Shown one piece after another: positions 9,345-19,221 of a DNA stretch of 64,000 nucleotides. The translations under genes were made by a program, and so were the position numbers. The notes under the pieces were generated by a model. That model was given only the letters and a program-made list of their open reading frames with translations, did no database searches and was not told the origin of the DNA. Position 1 is the stretch's first letter. Each line of letters opens with the position of its first letter. This DNA comes from Candidatus Multivoradales bacterium. Lineage in GTDB: Bacteria; Acidobacteriota; Thermoanaerobaculia; Multivoradales; JAHEKO01. The stretch is taken from positions 928,001 through 992,000 of the forward strand of contig CBDFIJ010000004.1 in assembly GCA_965248055.1 (NCBI GenBank), in the 5' to 3' direction.

Positions 9345-10544
9345 ATGAGGTTGGCTGTTCTGTCCCGCGCACCGCGCTGTTACAGCACGCGCCGCCTGGC
9401 GCAAACCGCGGTGAATCGTGGCCATCAAGTGGATGTACTCGACATTCTCAGCATGTCCATTTCCCTGGAACAAGGGATCCCCGATCTTTTCTACCGCGGA
9501 TTACCGCTGCCCGAGTACGATGCGGTGATTCCACGCATCGGCGCTTCGATGACCTTCTACGGCACTGCTGTGGTGCGGCAATTTGAGCAAATGGGGGTCT
9601 TTTGCGCCAACTCTGCGACTGCGATTTCCGACTCCCGGGACAAACTGCGTTCTCTGCAGATCCTCAGTCGTCATGACATCGGCATTCCGCTCACCGAGTT
9701 TGTTCGTCGGCGCAGCGACGTGCTCCCAGCCATCGAACGGGTGGGGGGAGCTCCGGTGGTGATCAAACTGCTGGAGGGGACCCAAGGGGTGGGCGTGATT
9801 CTCGCCGACACGGTCGATGTCGCCAGTGCAGTCATTGAGACCTTGCACAGCGCTCGTCAACACGTTTTGATCCAGAAGTTCGTCGCCGAGAGCAAGGGAC
9901 GCGACATCCGCGCCTTTGTGGTTGGTGATCGGGTAGTTGCCGCCGAACGCCGGATTGCCCAAGGGGGCGAATTTCGTAGCAACATCCACCGCGGCGGCAA
10001 AGCGGAACCAGTCTATCTCGATGAGCAATACGAAAAGACCGCGGTCAGCTCAGCCCAGATCCTGGGACTGCGCGTGGCCGGCGTCGACATGCTGGAGACC
10101 TCGACCGGGCCCCAAGTCATGGAGGTCAACTCTTCGCCAGGCCTGGAAGGAATCGAGAAAGCCACGCGGATTGACGTTGCGCGAGCGATCGTTGAGTACA
10201 TCCAGGAGCACGTCGCGATCCCAGAACTAGATCTACGCCAGCGCTTGACCGTCAGCCGCGGCTACGGCGTAGTCGAATTTCCGGTCGGGCAAATGTCAGG
10301 GCTCGAAGGCAAGACCATCGACCAGTGCGGCTTGCGCGGTCGGGACGGACGGGTCTTGACTCTGCACCGTGAGGGCAAAGTGATCCCCAACCCTCTTGGG
10401 TCCCGCGTTCTGGAGCACAACGACCGGCTGCTTTGCTTCGGCAAGTTGGAGTTCCTCAAAAGCTTCCTACCCGACGTCAAACCGTCGCGCATTCGCAAGC
10501 TACCGACAACGCCCGAAAACGCCACAGACCCTGAAAGATCCTAA
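9345..10544 (+). CDS. rimK: RimK family ATP-grasp alpha-L-glutamate ligase with C-terminal TrkA-C (RCK_C) domain
   Basis: YDAVIPRIGAS, SRDKLRSLQILSR, KLLEGTQGVGV, FRSNIHRGG, EVNSSPGLEGIE; C-terminal LEGKTI..LR..VLTLHREGKVIPNP..LEHNDRL. Confidence 0.92.
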   Translation: MRLAVLSRAPRCYSTRRLAQTAVNRGHQVDVLDILSMSISLEQGIPDLFYRGLPLPEYDAVIPRIGASMTFYGTAVVRQFEQMGVFCANSATAISDSRDKLRSLQILSRHDIGIPLTEFVRRRSDVLPAIERVGGAPVVIKLLEGTQGVGVILADTVDVASAVIETLHSARQHVLIQKFVAESKGRDIRAFVVGDRVVAAERRIAQGGEFRSNIHRGGKAEPVYLDEQYEKTAVSSAQILGLRVAGVDMLETSTGPQVMEVNSSPGLEGIEKATRIDVARAIVEYIQEHVAIPELDLRQRLTVSRGYGVVEFPVGQMSGLEGKTIDQCGLRGRDGRVLTLHREGKVIPNPLGSRVLEHNDRLLCFGKLEFLKSFLPDVKPSRIRKLPTTPENATDPERS

Positions 10545-10545
10545 T

Positions 10546-11631
10546 TTGCGCAAGAAAAAGAAAATCGAACTCGCCGGAATAGGCATTGTTCCCGGTACAA
10601 CCCACGATCTGTCGATCACCATTTCCCAGAGCTACGCCGGCGCCGATACCTCGCTGCCCTTTCGCGTCGTTCGCGGCAAGAAATCTGGACCGGTGGTGCT
10701 GCTGACAGCGGCGATTCACGGCGATGAGCTCAACGGAACTGGGATCATCCGGGAGTTGCTACTCAATCCTCCGTTTGTGGTTGAAGCGGGAACCCTAGTT
10801 CTGGTGCCGGTGGTCAATATTCCCGGCTTGGAGCGAAAAACCCGCTATATGCCCGACCGACGGGATCTCAACCGCAACTTTCCGGGCACCGCATCCGGCA
10901 GCTATACCCGCCGCGTCGCCCACACCGTTTTCCAACAATTGGTGTCCAAAGCCGACTACTGCATCGACTTCCACACTGCCGCGGTACAACGAACCAACTT
11001 TCCCAATGTTCGCGGCGATCTGGACAACCCCAAGGTCGATCGCTTGGCGATCGCGTTTGGTAGTAACTTGGTCGTACAGAGCCACGGGATCCCCGGTACC
11101 TTGCGACGCAGCGCCACCGAGGCTGGACACGCGACCATCCTGGTCGAGGCCGGCGAGGTATGGAAGATCGAACCGGCGGTGGTCGAGTTCGGAGTGCGCG
11201 GTGTGTACAACGTCTTGGTGAAGCTAGGGATGGTCGCAGGGAAGCGCCAGGTACCAGCCTACCAAGCACGGGTCGAGGCCACCAAGTGGTTGCGTTCGGA
11301 TGTTGGCGGTCTACTCCAATTCCACACCTCGTTGGGAGACGTGGTCGAAGAAGGCCAACCGATCGCCACCTGCTCTACCCTGTTGGGTGTAGAACGCGGT
11401 CGAGTGGTCGCACCCAAAGACGGTGTCATCCTCTCCCTGACCACTCTACCGACCGTCAAACCTGGCGATCCGGTGTGTAACTTCGCCTTGCCCGCCAAGG
11501 GCATTGGGCGGATCCGAAACAGACTCCAAAAACTCCCGGAAGACAGCCTTCATGGCCGACTTCGCGACGACCTAGGAAGCAGCATTGCGGTTGCCCAGCC
11601 AGCAGCACCCGGCGGCGATCGCGATGGGTAG
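10546..11631 (+). CDS. Succinylglutamate desuccinylase/aspartoacylase family (M14-like) protein
   Basis: AAIHGDELNG, RDLNRNFPG, IDFHT and VEAGE motifs; typical rimK neighbour; start codon uncertain. Confidence 0.9.
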   Translation: MRKKKKIELAGIGIVPGTTHDLSITISQSYAGADTSLPFRVVRGKKSGPVVLLTAAIHGDELNGTGIIRELLLNPPFVVEAGTLVLVPVVNIPGLERKTRYMPDRRDLNRNFPGTASGSYTRRVAHTVFQQLVSKADYCIDFHTAAVQRTNFPNVRGDLDNPKVDRLAIAFGSNLVVQSHGIPGTLRRSATEAGHATILVEAGEVWKIEPAVVEFGVRGVYNVLVKLGMVAGKRQVPAYQARVEATKWLRSDVGGLLQFHTSLGDVVEEGQPIATCSTLLGVERGRVVAPKDGVILSLTTLPTVKPGDPVCNFALPAKGIGRIRNRLQKLPEDSLHGRLRDDLGSSIAVAQPAAPGGDRDG

Positions 11632-11774
11632 CGGCCCCCTGATCAGCGAACCAGCAAGCAACCCGGCGCCGACGCAATTAGGGCGCGAATCAAGCTGACT
11701 GGCTTCGTCTGCCTGTTTGCACTGATCGCCCTGTTGCCGATCTCCCCGCGCTACCTGCATCTCCAGACACGAGA

Positions 11775-12095
11775 TTGGACCGACCTAACCCTGGTGGTCC
11801 ACTCCACGCCACCAATCATCAGATTGCCTGGCAGGTTTTCAATCACACGGTTCTGATCTTGGTTACCTGCTATTACGTTGGCAAGAATCTCATCTCTGAT
11901 CCAACCCGATGGAGAGGTATGGCCATCACCATTGTCGGAATCTGCCCCGAACGATTCGAGAAACTCACCCGCTGGACGGCAGCGGCACGCCTGATCCACG
12001 AAGCCCTACATACCGCTGGTATGACCGAACAGCCTCCGACCCAAACGCGTTGACCTCGCGTCAGCCCATCGCCAGCCGCCAATCCTGTACCCTCG
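11775..12095 (+). pseudogene. Degraded HExxH zinc-metallopeptidase-like gene fragment
   Basis: GICPERF..AARLIHEALHTAGMTEQPP; appears to continue in another frame (DPNALTSRQ); no credible start. Confidence 0.45.
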
Positions 12096-12099
12096 GGCA

Positions 12100-13698
12100 A
12101 TGCTCAACAGCTCACCACAAAGACGCTTCCGCGTCGCTTTCGCAGTCACCACGGTCTCAGTAATCGTTGGATGCGCGCAACAAGAAACGAAGAATCGCGA
12201 ACGACCCACGTCGGAAATAGCCGTGGTCGAAGCCACCATCGCAGAACTACAAACGGCGATGCGCGAGGGCGATCTCTCCTGCCGCCAGATTGTTCAGAGC
12301 TATCTCGACAGGATCGATACTTACGACCAATCCACTGGCCTCAACGCCATCTCGATGCTCAACCCACACGCACTGGAACGTGCCAACGAGATCGACACTC
12401 TACTCGCTGCGGGAGGCTCGTTGGGGCCGCTGTTTTGCGCACCGATCCTGGTCAAAGACAACTTTGACACGCACGATCTACCAACCACCGGCGGCTCGAT
12501 CGTGCTCGCCGACAGCCTGCCGCCCGACGACGCTTTCATGGTGCGCAAGTTGCGGGAAGCTGACGCAATCGTGCTGGCCAAGACCAACATGGCCGAGTGG
12601 GCCTTCAGCCCACGCCGTACCGAGAGTTCCACCCGAGGCATTACCGCTAACGCCTATGCATTGGATCGCGTTCCGGCTGGTTCCAGTGGCGGCACGGCAT
12701 CCGGGGTGGCAGCCAGCCTCGGCGTCGCCGGCATGGGCAGCGACACCGGCAATTCCATCCGCGGCCCCTCCTCACACCTAGCTTTGTTTGGCATTCGTTC
12801 GACCATCGGCCTCACCAGCCGCGACGGCGTTATTCCTTTGGCATTCGACCGCGACATCGCCGGCCCGATGACCCGTACTGTGGAGGACGGTGTGCGGATC
12901 TTTGACGTGATCGCCGGACACGACCCCAACGATCCGGCAACCGAGCCGGACAAACGAGAAAACGACTATCTAGTCTTTCTCAACGCCGATGGCTTGAAGG
13001 GCGCTCGCCTGGGGGTCTTGCGTGCTTTGGCAGATCCAGATGACAGCGATTCCGAAGTCCTAGCCTTGTTCGACAAGGCGATTCAGGACCTGGCCACCGC
13101 CGGTGCCAAGATCGTCGACCCGATCACCATTCCCAACCTCGACGCGCATTTCGAGGCTGACCCCTACTGCCCGCGCTTTCGCTACGACGTCCACCAGTAC
13201 TTGAAGTCCTTGGGTGATCAGGCACCTTTGCTGGACGTGATGCAGGCGCATGAGAGCGGCCGCGCTTCGGCCTACACGCAGCCGGCCTTTGAGTTCTACG
13301 GCACCGGTTCGTTTGACGTCGCACCCGAAGATTGGCCGGAACCCTGTGCGTTCTACCTCGATCACCCCGCTCGACGCGCGTTCCACGATGACGTCCTGGT
13401 GGCGATGGACGCTGCCGAGGTCGATGCCCTGCTCTACCCCACTTGGACCCACCCACCGGCCGATCTGGACCAGCCTATCGAGGGCTACAAAGGCGACAAC
13501 AGCCAACTGATCGCCCCTGCCACCGGTATGCCCGCAGTCACCGTGCCGATGGGAGCCAGCTACGGCGCCTTACCGGCGGGACTACAGATCCTCGGGCGCC
13601 GCTACGCTGAGGGTACGCTGATCGAAATCGCCTACGGTTTTGAGCAGGCGACTCATCACCGCCGCCCCCCCGATCTCTTCCCGCCATTGACGCCTTGA
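12100..13698 (+). CDS. Amidase signature family lipoprotein
   Basis: LVKDN, KTNMAE, PAGSSGGTAS, GSDTGNSIRGPSS; lipobox IVGC. Confidence 0.93.
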   Translation: MLNSSPQRRFRVAFAVTTVSVIVGCAQQETKNRERPTSEIAVVEATIAELQTAMREGDLSCRQIVQSYLDRIDTYDQSTGLNAISMLNPHALERANEIDTLLAAGGSLGPLFCAPILVKDNFDTHDLPTTGGSIVLADSLPPDDAFMVRKLREADAIVLAKTNMAEWAFSPRRTESSTRGITANAYALDRVPAGSSGGTASGVAASLGVAGMGSDTGNSIRGPSSHLALFGIRSTIGLTSRDGVIPLAFDRDIAGPMTRTVEDGVRIFDVIAGHDPNDPATEPDKRENDYLVFLNADGLKGARLGVLRALADPDDSDSEVLALFDKAIQDLATAGAKIVDPITIPNLDAHFEADPYCPRFRYDVHQYLKSLGDQAPLLDVMQAHESGRASAYTQPAFEFYGTGSFDVAPEDWPEPCAFYLDHPARRAFHDDVLVAMDAAEVDALLYPTWTHPPADLDQPIEGYKGDNSQLIAPATGMPAVTVPMGASYGALPAGLQILGRRYAEGTLIEIAYGFEQATHHRRPPDLFPPLTP

Positions 13699-13807
13699 CT
13701 GCAACGACAGTTTTCCAGGAGCTAGGGTAAACCTCAGAGCTGTCTTCAAGGTTAATATCCCCGTTAGCGACCTGACGCGAGGTTGGGTCTGGACTGCCAG
13801 CTCTTAA

Positions 13808-14524
13808 GTGACGAAATCTCAGCGAACCAGACAGAAGCTCAGGATGCGCGCAATCCGTCGCGCGGTCGTCGCCGTTGTGACGATCCTCATCGGACTGTTG
13901 TATCTGCAATGCGCCCCCGCCAACTACAACCTCGCCGAGCCTTTGGATCTCACTGACAAGCCTACCTTCGTTACCGAATGGAAGCTGCAGTTCGCCAACA
14001 CCGACCAATGCTACGCGGCTCTGCAGAATGCAGGTGTTGAGATCGAGCGTTTACCGGATGAAGTCAAGGGTCCAGGCTGCGAATTCGAAGGCGTTGGCCG
14101 ACTCGATCAATCCCTCGCCACTTGGGGCAAAGACGTTACTTTGACTTGTCCGATGCTCGCCGGGGTTGCTCTGTGGGAGCGGCACGCGCTGCAGCCTTTG
14201 GCTCAAGAGATGCTCGGCTCTAGGGTCGCTCAAGTCCGCCACTACGGTACTTACTCCTGCCGCAACATCAACAACGAGCGCAACGGGCGACGCAGCGAGC
14301 ACGCCACTGCCAACGCCTTCGACATCGCCGGTTTCGTTCTCGCCAACGGCGAGGAAGTTAGCGTCCTCAGAGACTGGGGCAAGAGGTCACCCAAAGGTCG
14401 TTTTCTAGATCGTATTCACGACCGAGCTTGCGATCATTTCAACGCCGTTCTCGGCCCCGACTACAACACCCTCCATAGGGATCATTTCCATTTCGATCAG
14501 GGGAGCTACGAAACCTGCAGTTGA
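13808..14524 (+). CDS. Extensin-like family protein (M15 peptidase-like fold)
   Basis: HYGTYSCRN, RRSEHATANAFDIAGF, VLGPDYN..HRDHFHFD. Confidence 0.9.
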   Translation: MTKSQRTRQKLRMRAIRRAVVAVVTILIGLLYLQCAPANYNLAEPLDLTDKPTFVTEWKLQFANTDQCYAALQNAGVEIERLPDEVKGPGCEFEGVGRLDQSLATWGKDVTLTCPMLAGVALWERHALQPLAQEMLGSRVAQVRHYGTYSCRNINNERNGRRSEHATANAFDIAGFVLANGEEVSVLRDWGKRSPKGRFLDRIHDRACDHFNAVLGPDYNTLHRDHFHFDQGSYETCS

Positions 14525-14841
14525 TTTGATTTTCGACCATGGGATCGCAGCTCAAACCGTCGCCCAGCGCTCCGATCCGTCCCTGCGAGTAGTTGGCGAA
14601 AACGCTCAGTACCCCGAATCTGGTCGTAAGCCGAGTCGCCCAGAAAAAGATGGTACGGACTAAAGCTTTCTTCAAAAGCCCGCTCGAACCAACCCAGAGC
14701 TTCTTCGCTCTCACCCAAGCCAAGATGAACCCAGGCATAGCACAAGAAGGAAACGTACTCGGTCTCGGGCTTCTGCCGTAACTCATCCAGGATGTCGAGA
14801 GTCTCCACGCGATTTCCATCAAGCGCATGGACGTGTGCCAA
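14506..14841 (-). pseudogene. C-terminal TPR fragment of a kinase/TolB-like TPR protein
   Basis: AWVHLGLGESEEALGWFERAFEE..DSAYDQIRGTERFRQLL is a typical C-terminal signature; the N-terminal part is absent. Confidence 0.65.
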
Positions 14842-14915
14842 GTGTCTCAGCTACGTTGGCAGATAGGGGAGGCCGAGGACGATCAGAGCTGCCGTCCACC
14901 ACGGAGACCGGGCAC

Positions 14916-15173
14916 TCACAGAACGTCTCGCAACTTCATTTCACCAGCGAATCGGCGAAGCTCGCCTATCCGATTGGACAGATAGGGGCGCCCGGAAAAG
15001 TACTCGCTTAGTTGTGTCATCGGATCCTCCAGGGCTGCTTCAGCCCTCTTCAAGTACTTCTCGACATCAAGTTCTTGTCCCCAGAAATGAACCTTCACAA
15101 GAGCGCTGACTGCCGCTTCTAGGCTTCTACACGCCAGCAACCCCGCACGGTCGGCCGTGTATTCAGCCTTCAA
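14916..15173 (-). pseudogene. C-terminal fragment of an M48 family peptidase
   Basis: AEYTADRAGLLAC..AAVSALVK and PYLSNRI; the HExxH-containing N-terminal half is missing. Confidence 0.65.
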
Positions 15174-15227
15174 TGTTGTTCGCTCGGTTTATCACAAGCG
15201 AGAGAAGTGTACTCAGGAAACACCTAC

Positions 15228-16205
15228 CTAACAAGAAAGTGTATGCGTCCATGACATTTGGCACTGATCGGTATGTTCAGCTACGTATTGTAGCGGTGGT
15301 CTTTGTCCGTGGCTCCAGTGGGGCCTTTCGGCGTTAAACCAGAGCATCCAGTCGAAGAGTTTTTGGTTGAAAGCTTGGAGGTCAGTGAAGAGCAAGTCTT
15401 CGTTGTAGTCAACGAATTTCTCTTGGATGGTTCGATTGAATCTCTCGGCTTGGGCGTTCATCTTCGGGCACCTGGGGTAGGTGTACCAGCGTTTGATTCC
15501 AGCCTCAGCAGCTTTCTTGTCGAAGGCTCCTTGAAACTCACTACCGTTGTCTGAGAGCACCGTAGTAACAGCAAATGGCAAGACATCAAGGCTCAGGTCC
15601 AGAAAGCGCGCTGCCGTGCTCGAGGTGTGGGAGTTGGTGGCTATTGCCAGACTCATGCTGCTGGCGGCATCGGTCAGAGTGATCAAGTACCGGCGTTGGC
15701 CATCACAGAATCGCTCGATGGTATCTACTGCCACCCACTGGCCAGGCGAGCATGCCTTGGTTCCTTTAGGTTTGCGAGGCTTACGCTTTCGTTTTGCTTT
15801 CACTCGACCCAGGCGATCAATCCTTTGAGGCACCAAGCGCATCTTGTCGGGAGCATCGCCAATGATGCGGCCGATGGTGCTCACCGAGGGGCAGGTAATT
15901 CCCCTTACTTCACACCAGGGTTTCAACAGCGGATAGATCTTGTCCTTGCCAAGATTGGGCTCTTTGACCCGCAATCGACCGATCTCAGAGACCACCTCAG
16001 CTGGCCACTTGCGCCGTCTTCTTTTCTTCGGAGCTGTTGATTGAGGGTTTAGAGAGGTTAGCTCTCCTTTGCACCTACCAAGACGAGACTTCCAGCGGTA
16101 CAGAGTCCTCCGGCTGACCGAAAATGCATCGATCGCTGCATCGATCCCATGCTCCTGCCAGAATCTCAATGCGCGGATACGTTTCTCAGCGCTATCTTGG
16201 GTCAT
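15228..16205 (-). CDS. IS481-family DDE (rve) transposase; native N-terminus (ATG 17716) separated by the IS256 insertion
   Basis: HTH VSRRTLYRW; DDE core VAVDT..SDNGSEF..AERFNRTIQE. Confidence 0.88.
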   Translation of the reverse strand: MTQDSAEKRIRALRFWQEHGIDAAIDAFSVSRRTLYRWKSRLGRCKGELTSLNPQSTAPKKRRRRKWPAEVVSEIGRLRVKEPNLGKDKIYPLLKPWCEVRGITCPSVSTIGRIIGDAPDKMRLVPQRIDRLGRVKAKRKRKPRKPKGTKACSPGQWVAVDTIERFCDGQRRYLITLTDAASSMSLAIATNSHTSSTAARFLDLSLDVLPFAVTTVLSDNGSEFQGAFDKKAAEAGIKRWYTYPRCPKMNAQAERFNRTIQEKFVDYNEDLLFTDLQAFNQKLFDWMLWFNAERPHWSHGQRPPLQYVAEHTDQCQMSWTHTLSC

Positions 16206-16233
16206 GACCCAAGATACCCCTAGATGACGAAGA

Positions 16234-17664
16234 GAGTCAATCCCATTCCTAGTTGAAACAATTCACGGCTCCGGTTGATTTAGGCCGCTCTTGCGGCCAC
16301 TTCCTTGTTTTCGATCTTCAGTTTCCTCATCAAGGCTTCTCGTAGTTGCGGCAAGTGACGGTAGCCCATCACTCGTCTCAGCCGCGGTTCGATATCCAGC
16401 AGTGCGGTGGCCAGCCAGCGTTGCCGTTGGTTGGAATTTTTCCAGTAGTCGATCTTGGCGCAGCGGGCCTCGACAGCTGCATTGATCGACTCAAGACAAT
16501 TGGTAGTTTTAAACGAGCGACCCAGGACCCCGTAGAGTCCTAGTTGATGCAGCGTCAAGGTCTCTTCCAGCCCTTCTCTCAGGCTGGCCGCCGCTGACTG
16601 GTTGCGATCTTCCAGCTCGTGGCGGAGCTCCTCAAGCGCAGTCTTAGCCTCCTCGTATTCTGGTCGGTTGTAAGCTCGCTGCAACCTCTGGCGCCACAGC
16701 GCCTGTTCTCCCTTGGGTAAATAGCTGACCACGTTCTCACGCTTGTGCCACTGGCAGCGTTGCACCAGGGCTCGACCCTTAAACGCCTTGGCAACGGCCG
16801 AGCGTAATCCCTTGCCACCATCAATGATCACCAGCAAGCCCTGGGAAATGTCGAGACCTCGCTCGATGAGTGAGCGCAGAAAGGGCGTCAACACCTTCTC
16901 GTTCTCGGTACCCGTCTCGACAAAGCCCAGGAAGCGTTTATCTCCGCTGGCCGTGATGCCCAAAGCCACTACCATCGTGGTGTCAGCAAACGTCTTACCG
17001 TCCAAGAACAGAGCAACCACATCCTCTCCACCGAGGTCGCGTTGCTGAAACTCTTTGAGCTTGGCTGCGCTGGCCTCAATGAAGCCACGCGAGACCGTCG
17101 AGCTAGACAGCCCGATGGCACCTGGAATCGACTCCGCTGCCGCTTCGTAGTCACGGCATGAGATTCCGTAGAGCACCCGCCTTAGGAGTAGATCGTTGGC
17201 CTCCCGGTCGTTGCCCAGGGCTTCGTAGCTCGAGAGTGGAATCTCTCCCCCTGAAACACTGCGGACCCGAGGCACTTGGATCGGCACTCGTTGGCCAGCA
17301 AGGCCCACCGTGCCGGGGTTACTCCCGTGACGCCGACCTTGTGTTGATGACTCTTTGCGCGCGTATCGCTCCCCTGCTAGAGACGTCACTTCCTGGTTCA
17401 GCAACTCATGGATGTGCATCAAACCTATTGGCACCAAAGAGCGAATTAGATCCACTTTGGTGTCCAGTTCAAGAGCAGCGTAGTGGCTGTGGCTCACGAC
17501 TTCGACCTCACCCAGCTTGCGATTCTTCTTGCGTTTCTTGACTCTATGTAAAACACTCATCTATCGGCTCCTTTTCTCGTTGTGGCTTGATGGCCTCTTG
17601 GAAATTCCATCAAATCACGGGTTGAGGAGCCGTTTCAAATTTCAACTAACTTTAGGACACACTC
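16234..17664 (-). mobile_element. IS256-family insertion sequence (1431 bp) nested in IS481
   Basis: 8-bp target duplication GACGAAGA at 16226-16233 and 17665-17672 (present once in IS481 copy 2); imperfect inverted repeats GAGT....CC.A....TAGTTGAAA......ACGGCTCC. Confidence 0.93.
16280..17560 (-). CDS. IS256-family (Mutator-like) transposase
   Basis: LFLDG, IIDGGKGL, QRCQWHKREN, TTNCLESIN motifs; RBS AAGGAG. Confidence 0.93.
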   Translation of the reverse strand: MSVLHRVKKRKKNRKLGEVEVVSHSHYAALELDTKVDLIRSLVPIGLMHIHELLNQEVTSLAGERYARKESSTQGRRHGSNPGTVGLAGQRVPIQVPRVRSVSGGEIPLSSYEALGNDREANDLLLRRVLYGISCRDYEAAAESIPGAIGLSSSTVSRGFIEASAAKLKEFQQRDLGGEDVVALFLDGKTFADTTMVVALGITASGDKRFLGFVETGTENEKVLTPFLRSLIERGLDISQGLLVIIDGGKGLRSAVAKAFKGRALVQRCQWHKRENVVSYLPKGEQALWRQRLQRAYNRPEYEEAKTALEELRHELEDRNQSAAASLREGLEETLTLHQLGLYGVLGRSFKTTNCLESINAAVEARCAKIDYWKNSNQRQRWLATALLDIEPRLRRVMGYRHLPQLREALMRKLKIENKEVAARAA

Positions 17665-17866
17665 GACGAAGATGTCCCAGGCCTTGGAAACGCCCTCTGA
17701 TCAACCTCATGCTCATCGACACTCCTCATTGAACGAGTGCCATTTGTTTCTGAACTTATGCAGAAAGAAAGCTCCATCCAGGTCAGCCTTGCCAACTAGG
17801 GGGCTGGTGGCTCGACAGCTACGGTCAAGCCGGATCCAGTGGCAGACCTCGGGATCCGGCGGATTT

Positions 17867-18337
17867 CTAGCTCAAACCACCCAACACTGCACGAATCGCC
17901 TCAAAGTCAGGTAAGTCTGCCGCTGTAGCACCCACCTCGGCGTGTTGCACAACCCCCTGCTTGTCAACGACAAACGCCGACCGCTTGGGGACATTCTTCA
18001 TCCAGGCCAATTCTTCGAAGAGAGAGTCGTACTGAGGGGCCACCTCGTGGTTGAAATCCGACAGCAGCGGAAATGGGAAGCCTTCCGCGGCGACCCAAGC
18101 TTTGAGAGTGGGCACACTGTCGCCAGTGATCCCCAGAATCTGGGCGTTGAGGTCTTGATATTGACCATGGTTGTCGCGCAGCGAACACAGTTCCTCAGTG
18201 CAAATCCCACTGAATGCCAAGGGGAAAAACAGAATTAGCACGTTCTGTTCTCCACGGTAGTCCGACAGGGTGGTCACTTCACCATTCGAGTTGTGCAACG
18301 AAAAATCCGGCGCTGGTGCGCCCACAGAAATATTCAT
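17867..18337 (-). CDS. Peroxiredoxin (AhpC/TSA, AhpE-like)
   Basis: GAPAPDFSL, FFPLAFSGICTEELC, FPLLSDFN, KRSAFVVDKQG. Confidence 0.92.
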   Translation of the reverse strand: MNISVGAPAPDFSLHNSNGEVTTLSDYRGEQNVLILFFPLAFSGICTEELCSLRDNHGQYQDLNAQILGITGDSVPTLKAWVAAEGFPFPLLSDFNHEVAPQYDSLFEELAWMKNVPKRSAFVVDKQGVVQHAEVGATAADLPDFEAIRAVLGGLS

Positions 18338-18369
18338 ATCTTGTCTCCCGCCACCGATCTTCGGCGGCC

Positions 18370-19221
18370 TCAAACGGAACGGGAAGAAGATTCACTCTTG
18401 CCCCAGGGCTCCAACCACTCCACCATTCCGTCCCCTAGAAAGTTGAGTCCCATTACGGTGACCAGAATCGCCACGCCTGGGAAAATTGTTAGGTGGGGAG
18501 CGTCCAAAAGATGGCCTCGACCGGCACTAATCATAGCACCCCAAGAAGCGGTTGGCGGCTGGATCCCCAGCCCCAAGAACGACAAGCTGGCCTCCGAAAG
18601 AATCGCCGAAGCAAGTCCCAGACTGGCCTGCACCACCAGCAAGGGAATGACGTTGGGAAACACGTGGCGCAGCAAGATCCAAGCCCCGTTGGTGCCCGCC
18701 GCCTTAGCCGCCAAGACAAATTCTTCCTCGCGAAATTTGAGGACCTGACCACGCACCAGTCGGGCGTAGCCCACCCAACCGATCACCACCAAAGCCAGGA
18801 TCAAGTGTTCCAGGGCTGGACCCAAGACTGCCACCAAGGCGATCGCCAGCAAGATTCCGGGAAAGGCTAGGAAGACGTCGCTGATGCGCATCAATACCGC
18901 ATCCACACGGCCTCCGACATAGCCGGCGATGCCGCCGACCAAACAGCCGATCAACGACGCCAGGACCACCACCGAAACTCCGACAATCATCGACACCCGA
19001 GCGCCATAAACCAGACGGGAGAAAACATCTCGCCCCAGTTCATCGCGGCCCAACGGGTTGCTTAAACTGGGTTCATCCAGGCGACTGCCCAGTTCCTGGT
19101 GAAATGGGTCTTCGGGCGCAATCCAGGGAGCCAACAGTGCCGCGGCAAACACCATCAGGACCACCACCGCGGCGATCCACAGTGGCGCCGAAACCTTGGC
19201 TCGATGGTGCTTACTCGCCAT
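18370..19221 (-). CDS. Dipeptide/oligopeptide/nickel ABC transporter permease (DppC-like)
   Basis: LGRDELGRDVFSRLVYGARVS, EAA loop, EASLSFLGLG.QPP. Confidence 0.92.
   Translation of the reverse strand: MASKHHRAKVSAPLWIAAVVVLMVFAAALLAPWIAPEDPFHQELGSRLDEPSLSNPLGRDELGRDVFSRLVYGARVSMIVGVSVVVLASLIGCLVGGIAGYVGGRVDAVLMRISDVFLAFPGILLAIALVAVLGPALEHLILALVVIGWVGYARLVRGQVLKFREEEFVLAAKAAGTNGAWILLRHVFPNVIPLLVVQASLGLASAILSEASLSFLGLGIQPPTASWGAMISAGRGHLLDAPHLTIFPGVAILVTVMGLNFLGDGMVEWLEPWGKSESSSRSV

Larger units (their letters stand above)
15240..17762 (-). mobile_element. IS481-family insertion sequence, copy 1, interrupted by IS256
   Basis: Ends TGTATGCGTCCATGACATTTGGCACT and (reverse complement) TGCATAAGTTCAGAAACAAATGGCACT; GAAAG direct repeats at 15235-15239 and 17763-17767; near-identical to the copy at 51018-52103. 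Confidence 0.92.

Noticed and set aside
8548-9348. 266-aa His-rich plus-strand ORF
   Set aside because: Antisense to the Met/Cys-rich leader gene; the His richness mirrors ATG/GTG codons on the coding strand.
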